The notes below the pieces were generated by a model. That model was not told where the DNA came from. It saw only the letters and a program-made list of their open reading frames with translations, and did no database searches. From NCBI RefSeq assembly GCF_050320075.1, contig NZ_CP190018.1: a stretch of DNA of 64,000 nucleotides; one strand, written 5' to 3'. Every line of letters starts with the position of its first letter. Within the stretch, counting starts at the first letter, position 1. The stretch is from Escherichia coli (GTDB lineage Bacteria; Pseudomonadota; Gammaproteobacteria; Enterobacterales; Enterobacteriaceae). This document shows positions 34,049-47,870 of the stretch, in pieces. The position numbers and the translations under genes are program-made.

Positions 34049-34581
34049 GTATTGTAAAAGAGGAGCACAAAGCCACGCTGCGTAAATGGCACGAAGAGTT
34101 GCAGGAAAAACGCGGCAATCGTGCCAGTCTGCGGCGTAGCACAACGGTTAATGATGTTTGTCTGTCAGAAGGGTTTCGTTCTCTGCTGATGCAGACCCAC
34201 ACTTTGTGGAAAATTGAAGCACAAGAGTGGCGTTTTACCGCACTGGCGCTGGTCGCCGCAGTTAGCGCCAATGTTAAAGCTATTGATGAACGGCAGCCTT
34301 TTGCCGCGCAGCTGGCGGCGGTAATGTCGGAGGGGCGTTTTACTCGCCTGTCGGCAGTAAAAACGCCTGATGATTTACTGCGTCAGTTACGTCGCGCGGT
34401 CAAATTATTAAATGGTTCCGTCAATCTTATCTCTTTGGCAGAAGATATTTTCCGCTGGTGCCAGGAGAGCGACGACCTGCTCAATCATCACCGCCGCCAG
34501 CAGCGGCCAACAGAATTTATCCGTATCCGCTGGGCGCTGGAATATTACCAGGCTGGCGACGCCGATAACGAACAAAATTAA
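34045..34581 (+). CDS. cse2: Cse2/CasB small Cascade subunit
   Basis: 178-aa ORF overlapping the cse1 stop by 4 bp; Arg-rich helical protein in the expected operon position. Confidence 0.85.
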   Translation: MSIVKEEHKATLRKWHEELQEKRGNRASLRRSTTVNDVCLSEGFRSLLMQTHTLWKIEAQEWRFTALALVAAVSANVKAIDERQPFAAQLAAVMSEGRFTRLSAVKTPDDLLRQLRRAVKLLNGSVNLISLAEDIFRWCQESDDLLNHHRRQQRPTEFIRIRWALEYYQAGDADNEQN

Positions 34582-34595
34582 TAAAGGACTATCTC

Positions 34596-35651
34596 ATGAC
34601 GACATTTATTCAGCTTCATTTGTTAACCGCTTACCCTGCTGCCAACCTTAACCGTGATGACACCGGTGCGCCAAAAACTGTGGTACTGGGTGGAGCAACG
34701 CGTCTGCGCGTTTCCTCACAAAGTCTGAAACGTGCGTGGCGCACTTCTGCACTTTTTGAACAGGCACTGGCGGGCCATATTGGTATTCGCAGTGGGCGTA
34801 TTGCGCGTGAGGCGGCAACTATCCTGATTGAGAAAGGCATCGAAGAGAAAAAAGCCATCGAATGGGCGGCAAAAATTGCGGATTATCTTGGGAAAGCTAA
34901 AAACGACAAAAAACCAAAAGATCCGCTCACTAACGCCGAAACTGAACAGCTAGTCCATATCAGCCCGGCAGAATTTGACGCCGTAAAAGCGCTGGCCCAT
35001 CAACTGGCCGAAGAAAAGCGCGCGCCAAAAGAGGAAGATCTCGCTTTGTTACGTAAAGATCGCATGGCGGTAGATATCGCTATGTTTGGTCGTATGCTGG
35101 CGAATAAACCCGAATTTAATGTTGAAGCCGCCTGCCAGGTCGCGCATGCATTTGGTGTCAGTGAAACGATTGTCGAAGATGATTTTTTCACCGCCGTTGA
35201 TGATTTGCGCCAGGCTTCTGAAGATGCCGGTGCCGGGCATCTTGGTGAAACCGGATTCGGTTCTGCGCTGTTCTACACCTATATCTGCATCGATAAAGAT
35301 CTGCTGGTCGAAAACCTCGGCGGTGACGAAGCGTTAGCTAATCAGACCTTGCGCGCCTTTACGGAAGCCGCACTTAAAGTCTCCCCAACCGGCAAACAGA
35401 ACAGCTTTGCCAGCCGTGCCTACGCCTCCTGGGCGCTGGCAGAAAAAGGCACTGAACAACCACGCTCTCTGGCGGCGGCTTTCTATGAACCCATTAATGG
35501 CACCCGGCAGTTAGATGTGGCGGTGCAGCGTATTACAACGCTTCGCGAAAATATGAATACGGTCTATGAACAGAAGACCGAATGCGCAAGCTTTGACGTG
35601 ATGAACAAACAGGGAAGCATGAAGGACGTGCTGGACTTTATCTGCGCGTAA
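34596..35651 (+). CDS. cas7: Cas7/CasC Cascade backbone subunit
   Basis: 351-aa ORF MTTFIQLHLLTAYPAANLNRDDTG... (RAMP-like N-terminus); operon position. Confidence 0.88.
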   Translation: MTTFIQLHLLTAYPAANLNRDDTGAPKTVVLGGATRLRVSSQSLKRAWRTSALFEQALAGHIGIRSGRIAREAATILIEKGIEEKKAIEWAAKIADYLGKAKNDKKPKDPLTNAETEQLVHISPAEFDAVKALAHQLAEEKRAPKEEDLALLRKDRMAVDIAMFGRMLANKPEFNVEAACQVAHAFGVSETIVEDDFFTAVDDLRQASEDAGAGHLGETGFGSALFYTYICIDKDLLVENLGGDEALANQTLRAFTEAALKVSPTGKQNSFASRAYASWALAEKGTEQPRSLAAAFYEPINGTRQLDVAVQRITTLRENMNTVYEQKTECASFDVMNKQGSMKDVLDFICA

Positions 35652-35661
35652 GGGGCGGCTA

Positions 35662-36408
35662 ATGAGCCAATATTTGATTTTTCAGCTTCATGGGCCAATG
35701 GCATCCTGGGGCGTCGATGCCCCCGGCGAAGTGCGTCATACCCATGAACTGCCTTCGCGCTCAGCATTGCTGGGGCTGCTGGCTGCCGGGGTAGGGATTC
35801 GGCGTGATGATACCGAACGATTAAACGCGTTTAACAGCCACTATTCACTGGTGGTTTGCGCCAGCCGTAACCCGCGCTGGGCACGGGATTATCACACGGT
35901 CCAGATGCCAAAAGAGGTGCGTAAAGCGCGTTATTTCAGCCGTCGCGAAGAGTTGAGCGCCCCTGATCTTCTGAGCGCGATTATCTCCCGGCGCGACTAC
36001 TACACCGATGCCTGGTGGATGGTGGCGGTGGCAACAACCCCCGATGCGCCTTACAGGCTTGAACAGTTGCAGGACGGTTTACGTCATCCGGTTTTTCCGC
36101 TTTATCTGGGGCGAAAAAGTCATCCGCTGGCGTTACCACTTGCGCCGTTACTGCTCGAAGGCAACGCGTCTGATGTCTTACGTAACGCATACCAACAGTA
36201 TCAGGATAGTTTCCGCGAACTGAAAGTCTCACTCCCGAAACTTCAGGATGAATGCTGGTGGGAAGGGGAACACGACGGCCTGGTCGCGAGCAAAATATTA
36301 CGTCGCCGGGATGTTCCTTTAAATCGTCAGCAGTGGCTGTTTGGGGAACGCACCATCAATCAGGGGCCGTGGCTCAGCAAGGAGGAACCATGTACCTCTC
36401 AAGAATAA
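35662..36408 (+). CDS. cas5: Cas5/CasD Cascade subunit
   Basis: 248-aa ORF MSQYLIFQLHGPMASWG... (Cas5e N-terminal pattern); operon position. Confidence 0.88.
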   Translation: MSQYLIFQLHGPMASWGVDAPGEVRHTHELPSRSALLGLLAAGVGIRRDDTERLNAFNSHYSLVVCASRNPRWARDYHTVQMPKEVRKARYFSRREELSAPDLLSAIISRRDYYTDAWWMVAVATTPDAPYRLEQLQDGLRHPVFPLYLGRKSHPLALPLAPLLLEGNASDVLRNAYQQYQDSFRELKVSLPKLQDECWWEGEHDGLVASKILRRRDVPLNRQQWLFGERTINQGPWLSKEEPCTSQE

Positions 36409-37036
36409 CCTTACATACCGGCCAGCTTTCGCCTGCGCAGTTGCTGCATCTGGTGGATCGCGGTGAATATGTAATGCATCAGTGGCTGTGGGATCTTTTT
36501 CCTGGCGGCAAAGAAAGGCAATTTCTTTATCGTCGGGAAGAACTCCAGGGGGCGTTTCGCTTTTTTGTCCTGTCGCAGGAACGCCCGGCGGAAAGTGATA
36601 TTTTCACCATCGAATGCCGACCATTTGCGCCAGAGTTGCGTACCGGACAATCCCTTTGTTTCAACCTGCGGGCGAATCCAACAATTTGTAAAGCGGGCAA
36701 ACGCCACGACTTGCTGATGGAGGCGAAACGGCAGGTGAGGGGGCAGGTGGAAGGAAGTGATGTCTGGTTGCATCAACAACAGGCGGCGCTGGACTGGCTG
36801 GCAGCGCAGGGGGAAAGAAGCGGTTTTACACTACTGGATACCTCGGTCGATGCCTACCGACAACAGCAACTGCGGCGGGAAAACTCCCGGCAACTGATCC
36901 AGTTCAGTAGCGTGGATTATACGGGGATGCTTACGGTCACCGATCCTGGGTTATTTCTGCAACGTCTGAGCCAGGGGTATGGCAAAAGCCGCGCGTTCGG
37001 CTGTGGTCTGATGCTGATCAAACCCGGAGCAGAGGC

Positions 37037-37040
<4 letters not shown>
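36390..37040 (+). CDS. cas6e: Cas6e/CasE pre-crRNA endoribonuclease; start at MYLSRITL preceded by aggagg
   Basis: 216 aa; the MYLS start matches the Cas6e N-terminus as I recall it; C-terminal G-rich loop GYGKSRAFGCGLMLI; overlaps the cas5 stop. Confidence 0.88.
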
Positions 37041-38250
<1,210 letters not shown>

Positions 38251-38346
38251 GTTATCTGTTCTTTAAAAATAAGGAAATGTTTTAATTTAGTTGGTAGATT
38301 GTTGATGCGGAATAAATTTGTTTAAAAACAGTTATGTATGCTTAGT
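38251..38346 (+). promoter_or_regulatory. CRISPR leader for the cas-adjacent array B (AT-rich; agttggtagattgt motif at 38289..38302)
   Basis: AT-rich region between cas2 and the first repeat; shares motif and 58-bp spacing with the leader of array A. Confidence 0.75.
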
Positions 38347-38985
38347 GTGTTCCCCGCGTCAGCGGGGATAAACCGACAATCAGATCACGATCGATGCCTC
38401 GCGTGAGGTGTTCCCCGCGTCAGCGGGGATAAACCGATTTTCGCAGCGGGTAACCGCGCCCGGCGATCGTGTTCCCCGCGTCAGCGGGGATAAACCGTTT
38501 ATGTGGAGTATCAGTGCCTGGGTGGAAAGGTGTTCCCCGCGTCAGCGGGGATAAACCGTGGGGCTGAGCATGGCTAAACAACCGAGGCGCGTGTTCCCCG
38601 CGTCAGCGGGGATAAACCGGTCAACTGGCACCACAGGATGATGGCGGCGAAGTGTTCCCCGCGCCAGCGGGGATAAACCGCAGGTCGACCGACTGGAGGC
38701 GGAGATTGTCGGGTGTTCCCCGCGCCAGCGGGGATAAACCGTGTTGTTTTTCTGCCGGATTAACGCGGTGCGAGTGTTCCCCGCGCCAGCGGGGATAAAC
38801 CGTTGTCGGGCTTGTTCGGCGCGGGTTGTTAACTGTGTTCCCCGCGCCAGCGGGGATAAACCGCCAGCGAAGGACTTGCTCGTGTGGTTAAAGCCGTGTT
38901 CCCCGCGTCAGCGGGGATAAACCGGACGCACTGGATGCGATGATGGACATCACTTGGAGTTCCCCGCCCCTGCGGTAGAACTCCC
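38347..38985 (+). CRISPR. CRISPR array B: 11 repeats of 29 bp (gtgttccccgcg[t/c]cagcggggataaaccg), 10 spacers of 32 bp; terminal repeat degenerate
   Basis: 61-bp periodicity with repeat starts at 38347, 38408 ... 38896, 38957; last repeat gagttccccgcccctgcggtagaactccc. Confidence 0.98.
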
Positions 38986-39005
38986 AGCTCTCATTTTCAA
39001 ACCCA

Positions 39006-40043
39006 TCAAGACGCCTTCGCCAGCTCTTTCACCAGCGGTAGCATTATCCGTATAACATCACGGCAGCGACGTTCTATTCTTCCAGGAAGCGCCTTATCAA
39101 TATGTTGTTGATTATCAAGCCTGACATCGTGCCAGCTTGTTCCCGCAGGGAAGGCGGCGGTTTTTGCACGTTGCTGATAGCCATCCTTATTCCCAAGATT
39201 CCAGTTAGTTGCCTCCACCGAAAGTACCGCAATACCGGCTTTGTCAAAAACTTCCGCGTCGTTACAGCACCCGGTACCCTTCGGATAATTTTTATTCAAA
39301 CCCGGATTGGTCGTTGCGGCAATTCCATGACTACGCGCAATTGCCAGCGCCCTGTCGCGCGTTAATTTCCTTACTGCTTCAGGGGTTTTTACACCGCTGT
39401 TGAAATACAATTTATCGCCAACAATTAAGTTATCGAGATTAATCACCAGCAGCGTATTTTTCTTTTCGGTGTCACTCATCCGCTTGAGTAAATTCTCAGC
39501 ACCTAATTTCCCTTCCTCTTCACCACTGGTCGCCACAAATCGAATACCATACTCGGTAGGCGTATTTTTCAGGCGTTCTGCCAGTTCCAGCATGACACCT
39601 AAACCTGCGGCGTTATCATCCATTCCTTGTAACGTCAGCCCGCCGAGATTGGCATCGGCGTCAGCATCGCTCAGCGGGGCGTATGTATCCAGATGCGCCA
39701 TAATGATGATCTGCTGCGGCGCTTTGCCTTCATGAGCGGCAATCACCGTACTTCCCGTCACGTTATGCCAGCTCTTGCGATTATCGCGGGCGGTATAAAT
39801 ATACCGACTATTAAATGTCCGAATATCACTGCGATAACCCATTTGCTGAAACTGTTGGCGAATATAATCGGCAGATAACATTTCTGCAGGAGTTCCGGTC
39901 ATGCGTCCCGGAAAGAAAGTAGCAATATGTCGTGCCTGAGTATTAGCAAAATCGCCAGGTTTAGGTGACGAGGCGTGTACGGGGAGAATAAAGCATACGC
40001 CGAGCGCCAGGGCAGCGGTACGGTGGCGCAATGCGGAAAACAT
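39006..40043 (-). CDS. iap: alkaline phosphatase isozyme conversion aminopeptidase (M28 family)
   Basis: 345-aa ORF with signal peptide and M28 peptidase motifs; classical position next to the CRISPR array. Confidence 0.9.
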   Translation of the reverse strand: MFSALRHRTAALALGVCFILPVHASSPKPGDFANTQARHIATFFPGRMTGTPAEMLSADYIRQQFQQMGYRSDIRTFNSRYIYTARDNRKSWHNVTGSTVIAAHEGKAPQQIIIMAHLDTYAPLSDADADANLGGLTLQGMDDNAAGLGVMLELAERLKNTPTEYGIRFVATSGEEEGKLGAENLLKRMSDTEKKNTLLVINLDNLIVGDKLYFNSGVKTPEAVRKLTRDRALAIARSHGIAATTNPGLNKNYPKGTGCCNDAEVFDKAGIAVLSVEATNWNLGNKDGYQQRAKTAAFPAGTSWHDVRLDNQQHIDKALPGRIERRCRDVIRIMLPLVKELAKAS

Positions 40044-40294
40044 AGTGAGTCCTTAAATACCATGCAAATTTTTTTACCGCCATAGTATGAAACTGCCGCT
40101 GCGCTAAAACAATTTCAAATCTTCCTAAACGCCCGAAATCCGGTGCCTTAAGCACTTTTTGATATTAGCTTTGCCAAATCGTTATTCCGTTAAGGAACTA
40201 CTCATTCTAATTGGTAATTTCATTCGTTCTCTTACGCTCCCTATAGTCGAAACATCTGATGGCAAGAAAATAGCGGTATTGCAAAGGAACGGTT

Positions 40295-41203
40295 ATGGAT
40301 CAAATACGACTTACTCACCTGCGGCAACTGGAGGCGGAAAGCATCCACATTATTCGCGAGGTGGCGGCAGAATTCTCAAATCCGGTGATGCTCTACTCTA
40401 TCGGTAAAGATTCCAGCGTCATGCTGCATCTGGCGCGCAAGGCGTTTTATCCAGGTACGCTGCCTTTCCCGTTGCTGCATGTCGATACCGGCTGGAAATT
40501 CCGCGAGATGTATGAGTTCCGCGATCGTACGGCTAAAGCCTACGGCTGCGAGCTGCTGGTGCATAAAAACCCGGAAGGCGTGGCGATGGGGATTAATCCA
40601 TTCGTTCATGGCAGCGCGAAACATACCGATATTATGAAAACTGAAGGCCTGAAACAGGCGCTGAATAAATACGGTTTTGATGCCGCCTTCGGTGGTGCAC
40701 GCCGCGACGAAGAGAAATCCCGCGCTAAAGAGCGAATCTACTCTTTCCGTGACCGCTTCCATCGCTGGGATCCGAAAAATCAGCGCCCGGAGCTGTGGCA
40801 CAACTACAACGGGCAAATTAACAAAGGCGAAAGCATTCGCGTCTTCCCGCTCTCTAACTGGACCGAGCAGGATATCTGGCAATACATCTGGCTGGAAAAT
40901 ATCGACATTGTTCCGCTGTATCTCGCTGCGGAACGACCGGTTCTGGAACGCGACGGTATGTTGATGATGATTGATGACAACCGTATCGACCTGCAACCGG
41001 GCGAAGTGATTAAAAAACGGATGGTGCGTTTCCGTACGCTGGGCTGCTGGCCGCTGACCGGTGCGGTGGAGTCAAATGCACAAACACTGCCGGAAATCAT
41101 CGAAGAGATGCTGGTTTCCACCACCAGTGAACGTCAGGGTCGCGTGATTGACCGCGACCAGGCGGGATCCATGGAGTTGAAAAAACGTCAGGGGTATTTT
41201 TAA
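40295..41203 (+). CDS. cysD: sulfate adenylyltransferase subunit 2
   Basis: 302-aa [30 protein letters not shown]...; PAPS-reductase-like fold. Confidence 0.97.
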   Translation: MDQIRLTHLRQLEAESIHIIREVAAEFSNPVMLYSIGKDSSVMLHLARKAFYPGTLPFPLLHVDTGWKFREMYEFRDRTAKAYGCELLVHKNPEGVAMGINPFVHGSAKHTDIMKTEGLKQALNKYGFDAAFGGARRDEEKSRAKERIYSFRDRFHRWDPKNQRPELWHNYNGQINKGESIRVFPLSNWTEQDIWQYIWLENIDIVPLYLAAERPVLERDGMLMMIDDNRIDLQPGEVIKKRMVRFRTLGCWPLTGAVESNAQTLPEIIEEMLVSTTSERQGRVIDRDQAGSMELKKRQGYF

Positions 41204-41204
41204 G

Positions 41205-42632
41205 ATGAACACCGCACTTGCACAACAAATCGCCAATGAAGGCGGCGTCGAAGCCTGGATGATTGCGCAACAACATAAAAGCCTGCTGCGTTTTCTGACC
41301 TGTGGTAGCGTCGATGACGGCAAAAGTACCCTGATTGGTCGCCTGCTGCACGATACCCGCCAAATCTACGAAGATCAGCTCTCATCGCTGCATAACGACA
41401 GTAAACGTCACGGCACCCAGGGCGAAAAACTGGATCTGGCACTGCTGGTGGACGGCCTGCAAGCTGAGCGCGAACAGGGCATCACCATTGACGTGGCTTA
41501 CCGTTATTTCTCTACCGAGAAGCGTAAATTTATTATCGCCGATACCCCAGGGCACGAGCAGTACACTCGCAATATGGCGACTGGCGCATCGACATGTGAA
41601 CTGGCGATCTTACTGATCGATGCCCGTAAAGGCGTGCTCGATCAAACCCGTCGTCACAGTTTTATCTCCACACTGTTGGGGATCAAACATCTGGTCGTGG
41701 CGATCAACAAAATGGATCTGGTGGGTTACAGTGAAGAGACGTTCACCCGTATTCGCGAAGATTATCTGACGTTTGCCGGGCAGCTGCCGGGTAATCTGGA
41801 TATCCGCTTTGTGCCGCTCTCTGCACTGGAAGGCGACAACGTGGCTTCGCAAAGTGAAAGTATGCCGTGGTACAGCGGTCCGACACTGCTCGAAGTGCTG
41901 GAAACCGTGGAGATCCAGCGAGTGGTGGATGCCCAGCCAATGCGCTTCCCGGTGCAGTACGTTAATCGCCCGAATCTCGATTTTCGTGGCTACGCCGGAA
42001 CGCTGGCATCCGGTCGCGTGGAAGTCGGGCAACGTGTCAAAGTGCTGCCCTCTGGTGTGGAATCAAACGTCGCGCGGATCGTGACTTTTGATGGCGATCG
42101 CGAAGAAGCCTTTGCCGGAGAAGCGATCACCCTGGTGCTGACGGATGAGATCGACATCAGCCGTGGCGATCTGCTGCTGGCGGCAGACGAATCATTACCG
42201 GCTGTGCAGAGCGCGTCGGTGGATGTGGTATGGATGGCGGAACAGCCGCTTTCCCCAGGCCAGCGTTACGACATCAAAATTGCCGGTAAGAAGACGCGTG
42301 CTCGTGTTGATGGCATTCGTTATCAGGTTGATATTAATAACCTTACCCAACGCGAAGTTGAAAACCTGCCGCTGAACGGCATCGGCTTGGTGGATCTCAC
42401 CTTTGACGAGCCACTGGTGTTAGATCGTTATCAGCAAAACCCGGTTACCGGTGGGCTGATTTTTATCGATCGCCTGAGTAATGTGACCGTAGGTGCCGGT
42501 ATGGTGCACGAGCCAGTTAGCCAGGCAACTACTGCGCCATCTGAATTCAGTGCATTCGAACTGGAATTGAATGCACTGGTTCGTCGCCACTTTCCGCACT
42601 GGGGCGCGCGCGATTTGCTGGGGGATAAATAA
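41205..42632 (+). CDS. cysN: sulfate adenylyltransferase subunit 1 (GTPase)
   Basis: 475-aa ORF with GTP-binding motifs ([18 protein letters not shown]). Confidence 0.97.
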
Positions 42633-43237
42633 TGGCGCTGCATGACGAAAACGTCGTCTGGCATAGCCATCCGGTCACTGTGCAACAACGCGAGCTACAC
42701 CACGGTCATCGTGGTGTAGTGCTGTGGTTTACCGGCCTCTCCGGGTCCGGTAAATCAACGGTCGCCGGGGCGCTGGAGGAGGCGTTACATAAACTCGGCG
42801 TCAGTACGTATCTGCTGGATGGCGACAATGTTCGCCACGGATTATGCAGCGATCTCGGTTTTAGCGATGCCGATCGTAAAGAAAATATCCGTCGCGTCGG
42901 TGAAGTGGCGAATTTGATGGTTGAAGCCGGACTGGTGGTGCTGACCGCATTTATCTCGCCACACCGCGCCGAACGCCAGATGGTTCGCGAACGCGTAGGA
43001 GAAGGGCGCTTTATCGAAGTGTTTGTCGATACACCGCTGGCGATTTGCGAAGCCCGCGATCCAAAAGGCTTATATAAGAAAGCGCGTGCCGGTGAACTGC
43101 GTAACTTTACGGGAATAGATTCCGTTTACGAAGCGCCTGAATCGGCAGAAATTCATCTCAATGGTGAACAATTAGTAACAAATTTGGTACAGCAATTATT
43201 AGATCTGTTGAGACAGAACGATATTATCAGATCCTGA
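42632..43237 (+). CDS. cysC: adenylylsulfate (APS) kinase
   Basis: 201-aa ORF with P-loop GLSGSGKST. Confidence 0.97.
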
Positions 43238-43286
43238 GACACCACCGGGTTTCCATGCCCGGTTCGTCAAAGTAACAGGATCAAAT

Positions 43287-43610
43287 ATGCGTAATAGCCA
43301 TAACATTACACTAACAAATAACGACAGCCTTACTGAGGATGAAGAAACCACATGGTCACTGCCTGGTGCCGTGATCGGTTTTATCTCATGGTTATTTGCG
43401 CTGGCGATGCCGATGTTGATTTATGGCTCTAACACGCTGTTCTTCTTTATCTACACCTGGCCTTTCTTTCTGGCACTGATGCCTGTCGCGGTAGTGGTGG
43501 GGATTGCGCTGCATTCATTGATGGACGGAAAGCTACGCTACAGTATTGTTTTCACCCTGGTGACAGTAGGCATTATGTTTGGCGCACTGTTTATGTGGCT
43601 ACTGGGCTAA
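43287..43610 (+). CDS. ygbE: small inner-membrane protein YgbE (DUF3561-type)
   Basis: 107-aa hydrophobic ORF in the conserved position between cysC and ftsB. Confidence 0.7.
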   Translation: MRNSHNITLTNNDSLTEDEETTWSLPGAVIGFISWLFALAMPMLIYGSNTLFFFIYTWPFFLALMPVAVVVGIALHSLMDGKLRYSIVFTLVTVGIMFGALFMWLLG

Positions 43611-43803
43611 TTTGTACTTTCTTGTCTCCTCTGTTCATAATTCAAACCGTAACTAATAATGAGATTATGTTCTGCACGCCCTGGGTATACGTAACAATGG
43701 ACAAATGTGGTACATTTGCCCGCGTTGTCGCGGTATCCCCAACAGAGGATGTAGAGTCGTCTTCGGATGCATGGGATGATGATGCCGTTTTTCAGGGGGC
43801 AGG

Positions 43804-44115
43804 ATGGGTAAACTAACGCTGCTGTTGCTGGCTATTCTGGTCTGGCTACAGTATTCGCTGTGGTTCGGTAAGAACGGTATACATGACTATACCCGCGTCA
43901 ATGATGATGTGGCGGCACAGCAAGCTACAAACGCGAAACTTAAAGCGCGAAACGATCAACTTTTTGCCGAAATTGACGATCTCAATGGCGGCCAGGAGGC
44001 GCTCGAAGAGCGTGCGCGTAATGAACTCAGCATGACCAGGCCGGGCGAAACTTTTTATCGTCTGGTGCCTGACGCGTCGAAGCGCGCACAGTCTGCGGGG
44101 CAAAACAATCGATAA
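43804..44115 (+). CDS. ftsB: cell division protein FtsB
   Basis: 103-aa [28 protein letters not shown]... with coiled-coil region. Confidence 0.93.
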
Positions 44116-44133
44116 ATCAGCCCAGGAATTAAC

Positions 44134-44844
44134 ATGGCAACCACTCATTTGGATGTTTGCGCCGTGGTTCCGGCGGCCGGATTTGGCCGTCGAATGCAAA
44201 CGGAATGTCCTAAGCAATATCTCTCAATCGGTAATCAAACCATTCTTGAACACTCGGTGCATGCGCTGCTGGCGCATCCCCGGGTGAAACATGTCGTCAT
44301 TGCCATAAGTCCTGGCGATAGCCGTTTTGCACAACTTCCTCTGGCGAATCATCCGCAAATCACCGTTGTAGATGGCGGTGATGAGCGTGCCGATTCGGTG
44401 CTGGCAGGTCTGAAAGCCGCTGGCGACGCGCAGTGGGTATTGGTGCATGACGCAGCTCGTCCTTGTCTGCATCAGGATGACCTCGCGCGATTGTTGGCGT
44501 TGAGCGAAACCAGCCGCACGGGGGGGATCCTCGCCGCACCAGTGCGCGATACGATGAAACGTGCCGAACCGGGCAAAAATGCCATTGCTCATACCGTTGA
44601 TCGCAACGGCTTATGGCACGCGCTGACGCCGCAATTTTTCCCTCGTGAGCTGTTACATGACTGCCTGACGCGCGCTCTAAATGAAGGCGCTACCATTACC
44701 GACGAAGCCTCGGCGCTGGAATATTGCGGATTTCATCCGCAGTTGGTCGAAGGCCGCGCGGATAACATTAAAGTCACGCGCCCGGAAGATTTGGCACTGG
44801 CCGAGTTTTACCTCACCCGAACCATCCATCAGGAGAATACATAA
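44134..44844 (+). CDS. ispD: 2-C-methyl-D-erythritol 4-phosphate cytidylyltransferase
   Basis: 236-aa ORF; ispD-ispF pair with overlapping stop/start. Confidence 0.95.
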
Positions 44845-45323
44845 TGCGAATTGGACACGGTTTTGACGTACACGCCTTTGGCGGTGAAGGCCCAATTATC
44901 ATTGGTGGCGTACGCATTCCTTACGAAAAAGGATTGCTGGCGCATTCTGATGGCGACGTGGCGCTCCATGCGTTGACCGATGCATTGCTTGGCGCGGCGG
45001 CGCTGGGGGATATCGGCAAACTGTTCCCGGATACCGATCCGGCATTTAAAGGTGCCGACAGCCGCGAGCTGCTACGCGAAGCCTGGCGTCGTATTCAGGC
45101 GAAGGGTTATACCCTGGGCAACGTCGATGTCACTATCATCGCTCAGGCACCGAAGATGTTGCCGCACATTCCACAAATGCGCGTGTTTATTGCCGAAGAT
45201 CTCGGCTGCCATATGGATGATGTTAACGTGAAAGCCACTACTACGGAAAAACTTGGATTTACCGGACGTGGGGAAGGGATTGCCTGTGAAGCGGTGGCGC
45301 TACTCATTAAGGCAACAAAATGA
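44844..45323 (+). CDS. ispF: 2-C-methyl-D-erythritol 2,4-cyclodiphosphate synthase
   Basis: 159-aa [42 protein letters not shown]... Confidence 0.96.
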
Positions 45324-46349
45324 TTGAGTTTGATAATCTCACTTACCTCCACGGTAAACCGCAAGGCACCGGGCTGCTGAAAGCCAATCCGGAAGACTTT
45401 GTGGTGGTGGAAGATTTGGGCTTTGAGCCTGATGGTGAAGGTGAGCATATTCTGGTTAGAATCCTCAAAAACGGCTGCAATACCCGTTTTGTGGCGGATG
45501 CACTGGCGAAATTCCTTAAAATTCATGCCCGTGAAGTCAGCTTCGCTGGGCAAAAAGACAAACATGCTGTAACGGAACAGTGGTTATGTGCTCGCGTGCC
45601 GGGCAAGGAAATGCCCGATCTGAGCGCCTTTCAACTGGAAGGCTGCCAGGTGCTGGAGTATGCGCGGCACAAGCGCAAGCTGCGTTTAGGCGCGCTGAAA
45701 GGTAACGCCTTTACCTTGGTTCTGCGCGAAGTGAGCAATCGCGATGACGTTGAACAACGTCTGATCGATATTTGCGTAAAAGGCGTGCCTAACTATTTTG
45801 GTGCCCAACGTTTTGGGATTGGCGGTAGCAACTTGCAGGGCGCGCTGCGCTGGGCGCAAACCAATACTCCGGTGCGCGATCGCAATAAACGGAGTTTTTG
45901 GTTGTCGGCAGCCCGCAGTGCGTTGTTTAATCAGATTGTTGCTGAGCGCCTCAAAAAAGCAGACGTTAATCAAGTTGTTGACGGCGATGCGCTACAATTA
46001 GCCGGACGTGGTAGCTGGTTTGTCGCAACCACCGAAGAACTGGCGGAATTACAGCGTCGCGTCAACGATAAAGAGCTGATGATAACCGCCGCATTGCCGG
46101 GCAGTGGCGAATGGGGAACTCAGCGTGAAGCGTTGGCATTCGAACAAGCAGCTGTCGCCGCAGAAACTGAATTACAAGCCTTACTGGTGCGCGAAAAAGT
46201 TGAAGCCGCGCGCAGAGCGATGCTGCTGTATCCGCAACAATTAAGCTGGAACTGGTGGGATGACGTCACCGTAGAAATCCGTTTCTGGCTTCCGGCGGGT
46301 AGTTTTGCAACCAGCGTTGTCAGGGAACTTATCAACACAACAGGTGATT

Positions 46350-46369
<20 letters not shown>
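45320..46369 (+). CDS. truD: tRNA pseudouridine(13) synthase
   Basis: 349-aa ORF in the conserved ispF-truD-surE-pcm arrangement. Confidence 0.92.
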
Positions 46370-47731
<1,362 letters not shown>

Positions 47732-47870
47732 AACGTGAGGAAATACCTGGATTTTTCCTGGTTATTTTGCCGCAGGTCAGCGTATCGTGAACATCTTTTC
47801 CAGTGTTCAGTATGGTGCCTTGCACGGTAATTATGTCACTGGTTATTAACCAATTTTTCCTGGGGGATAA

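Noticed and set aside
36252-36389. ORF-track N-terminal extension of cas6e overlapping the 3' end of cas5
   Set aside because: The internal start MYLSRITL has a perfect aggagg ribosome-binding site and matches the Cas6e N-terminus; the extension is just the alternative frame of cas5.
43595-43816. 73-aa ORF between ygbE and ftsB
   Set aside because: Overlaps the ygbE 3' end and the ftsB promoter region, no ribosome-binding site or recognisable features; most likely non-coding.
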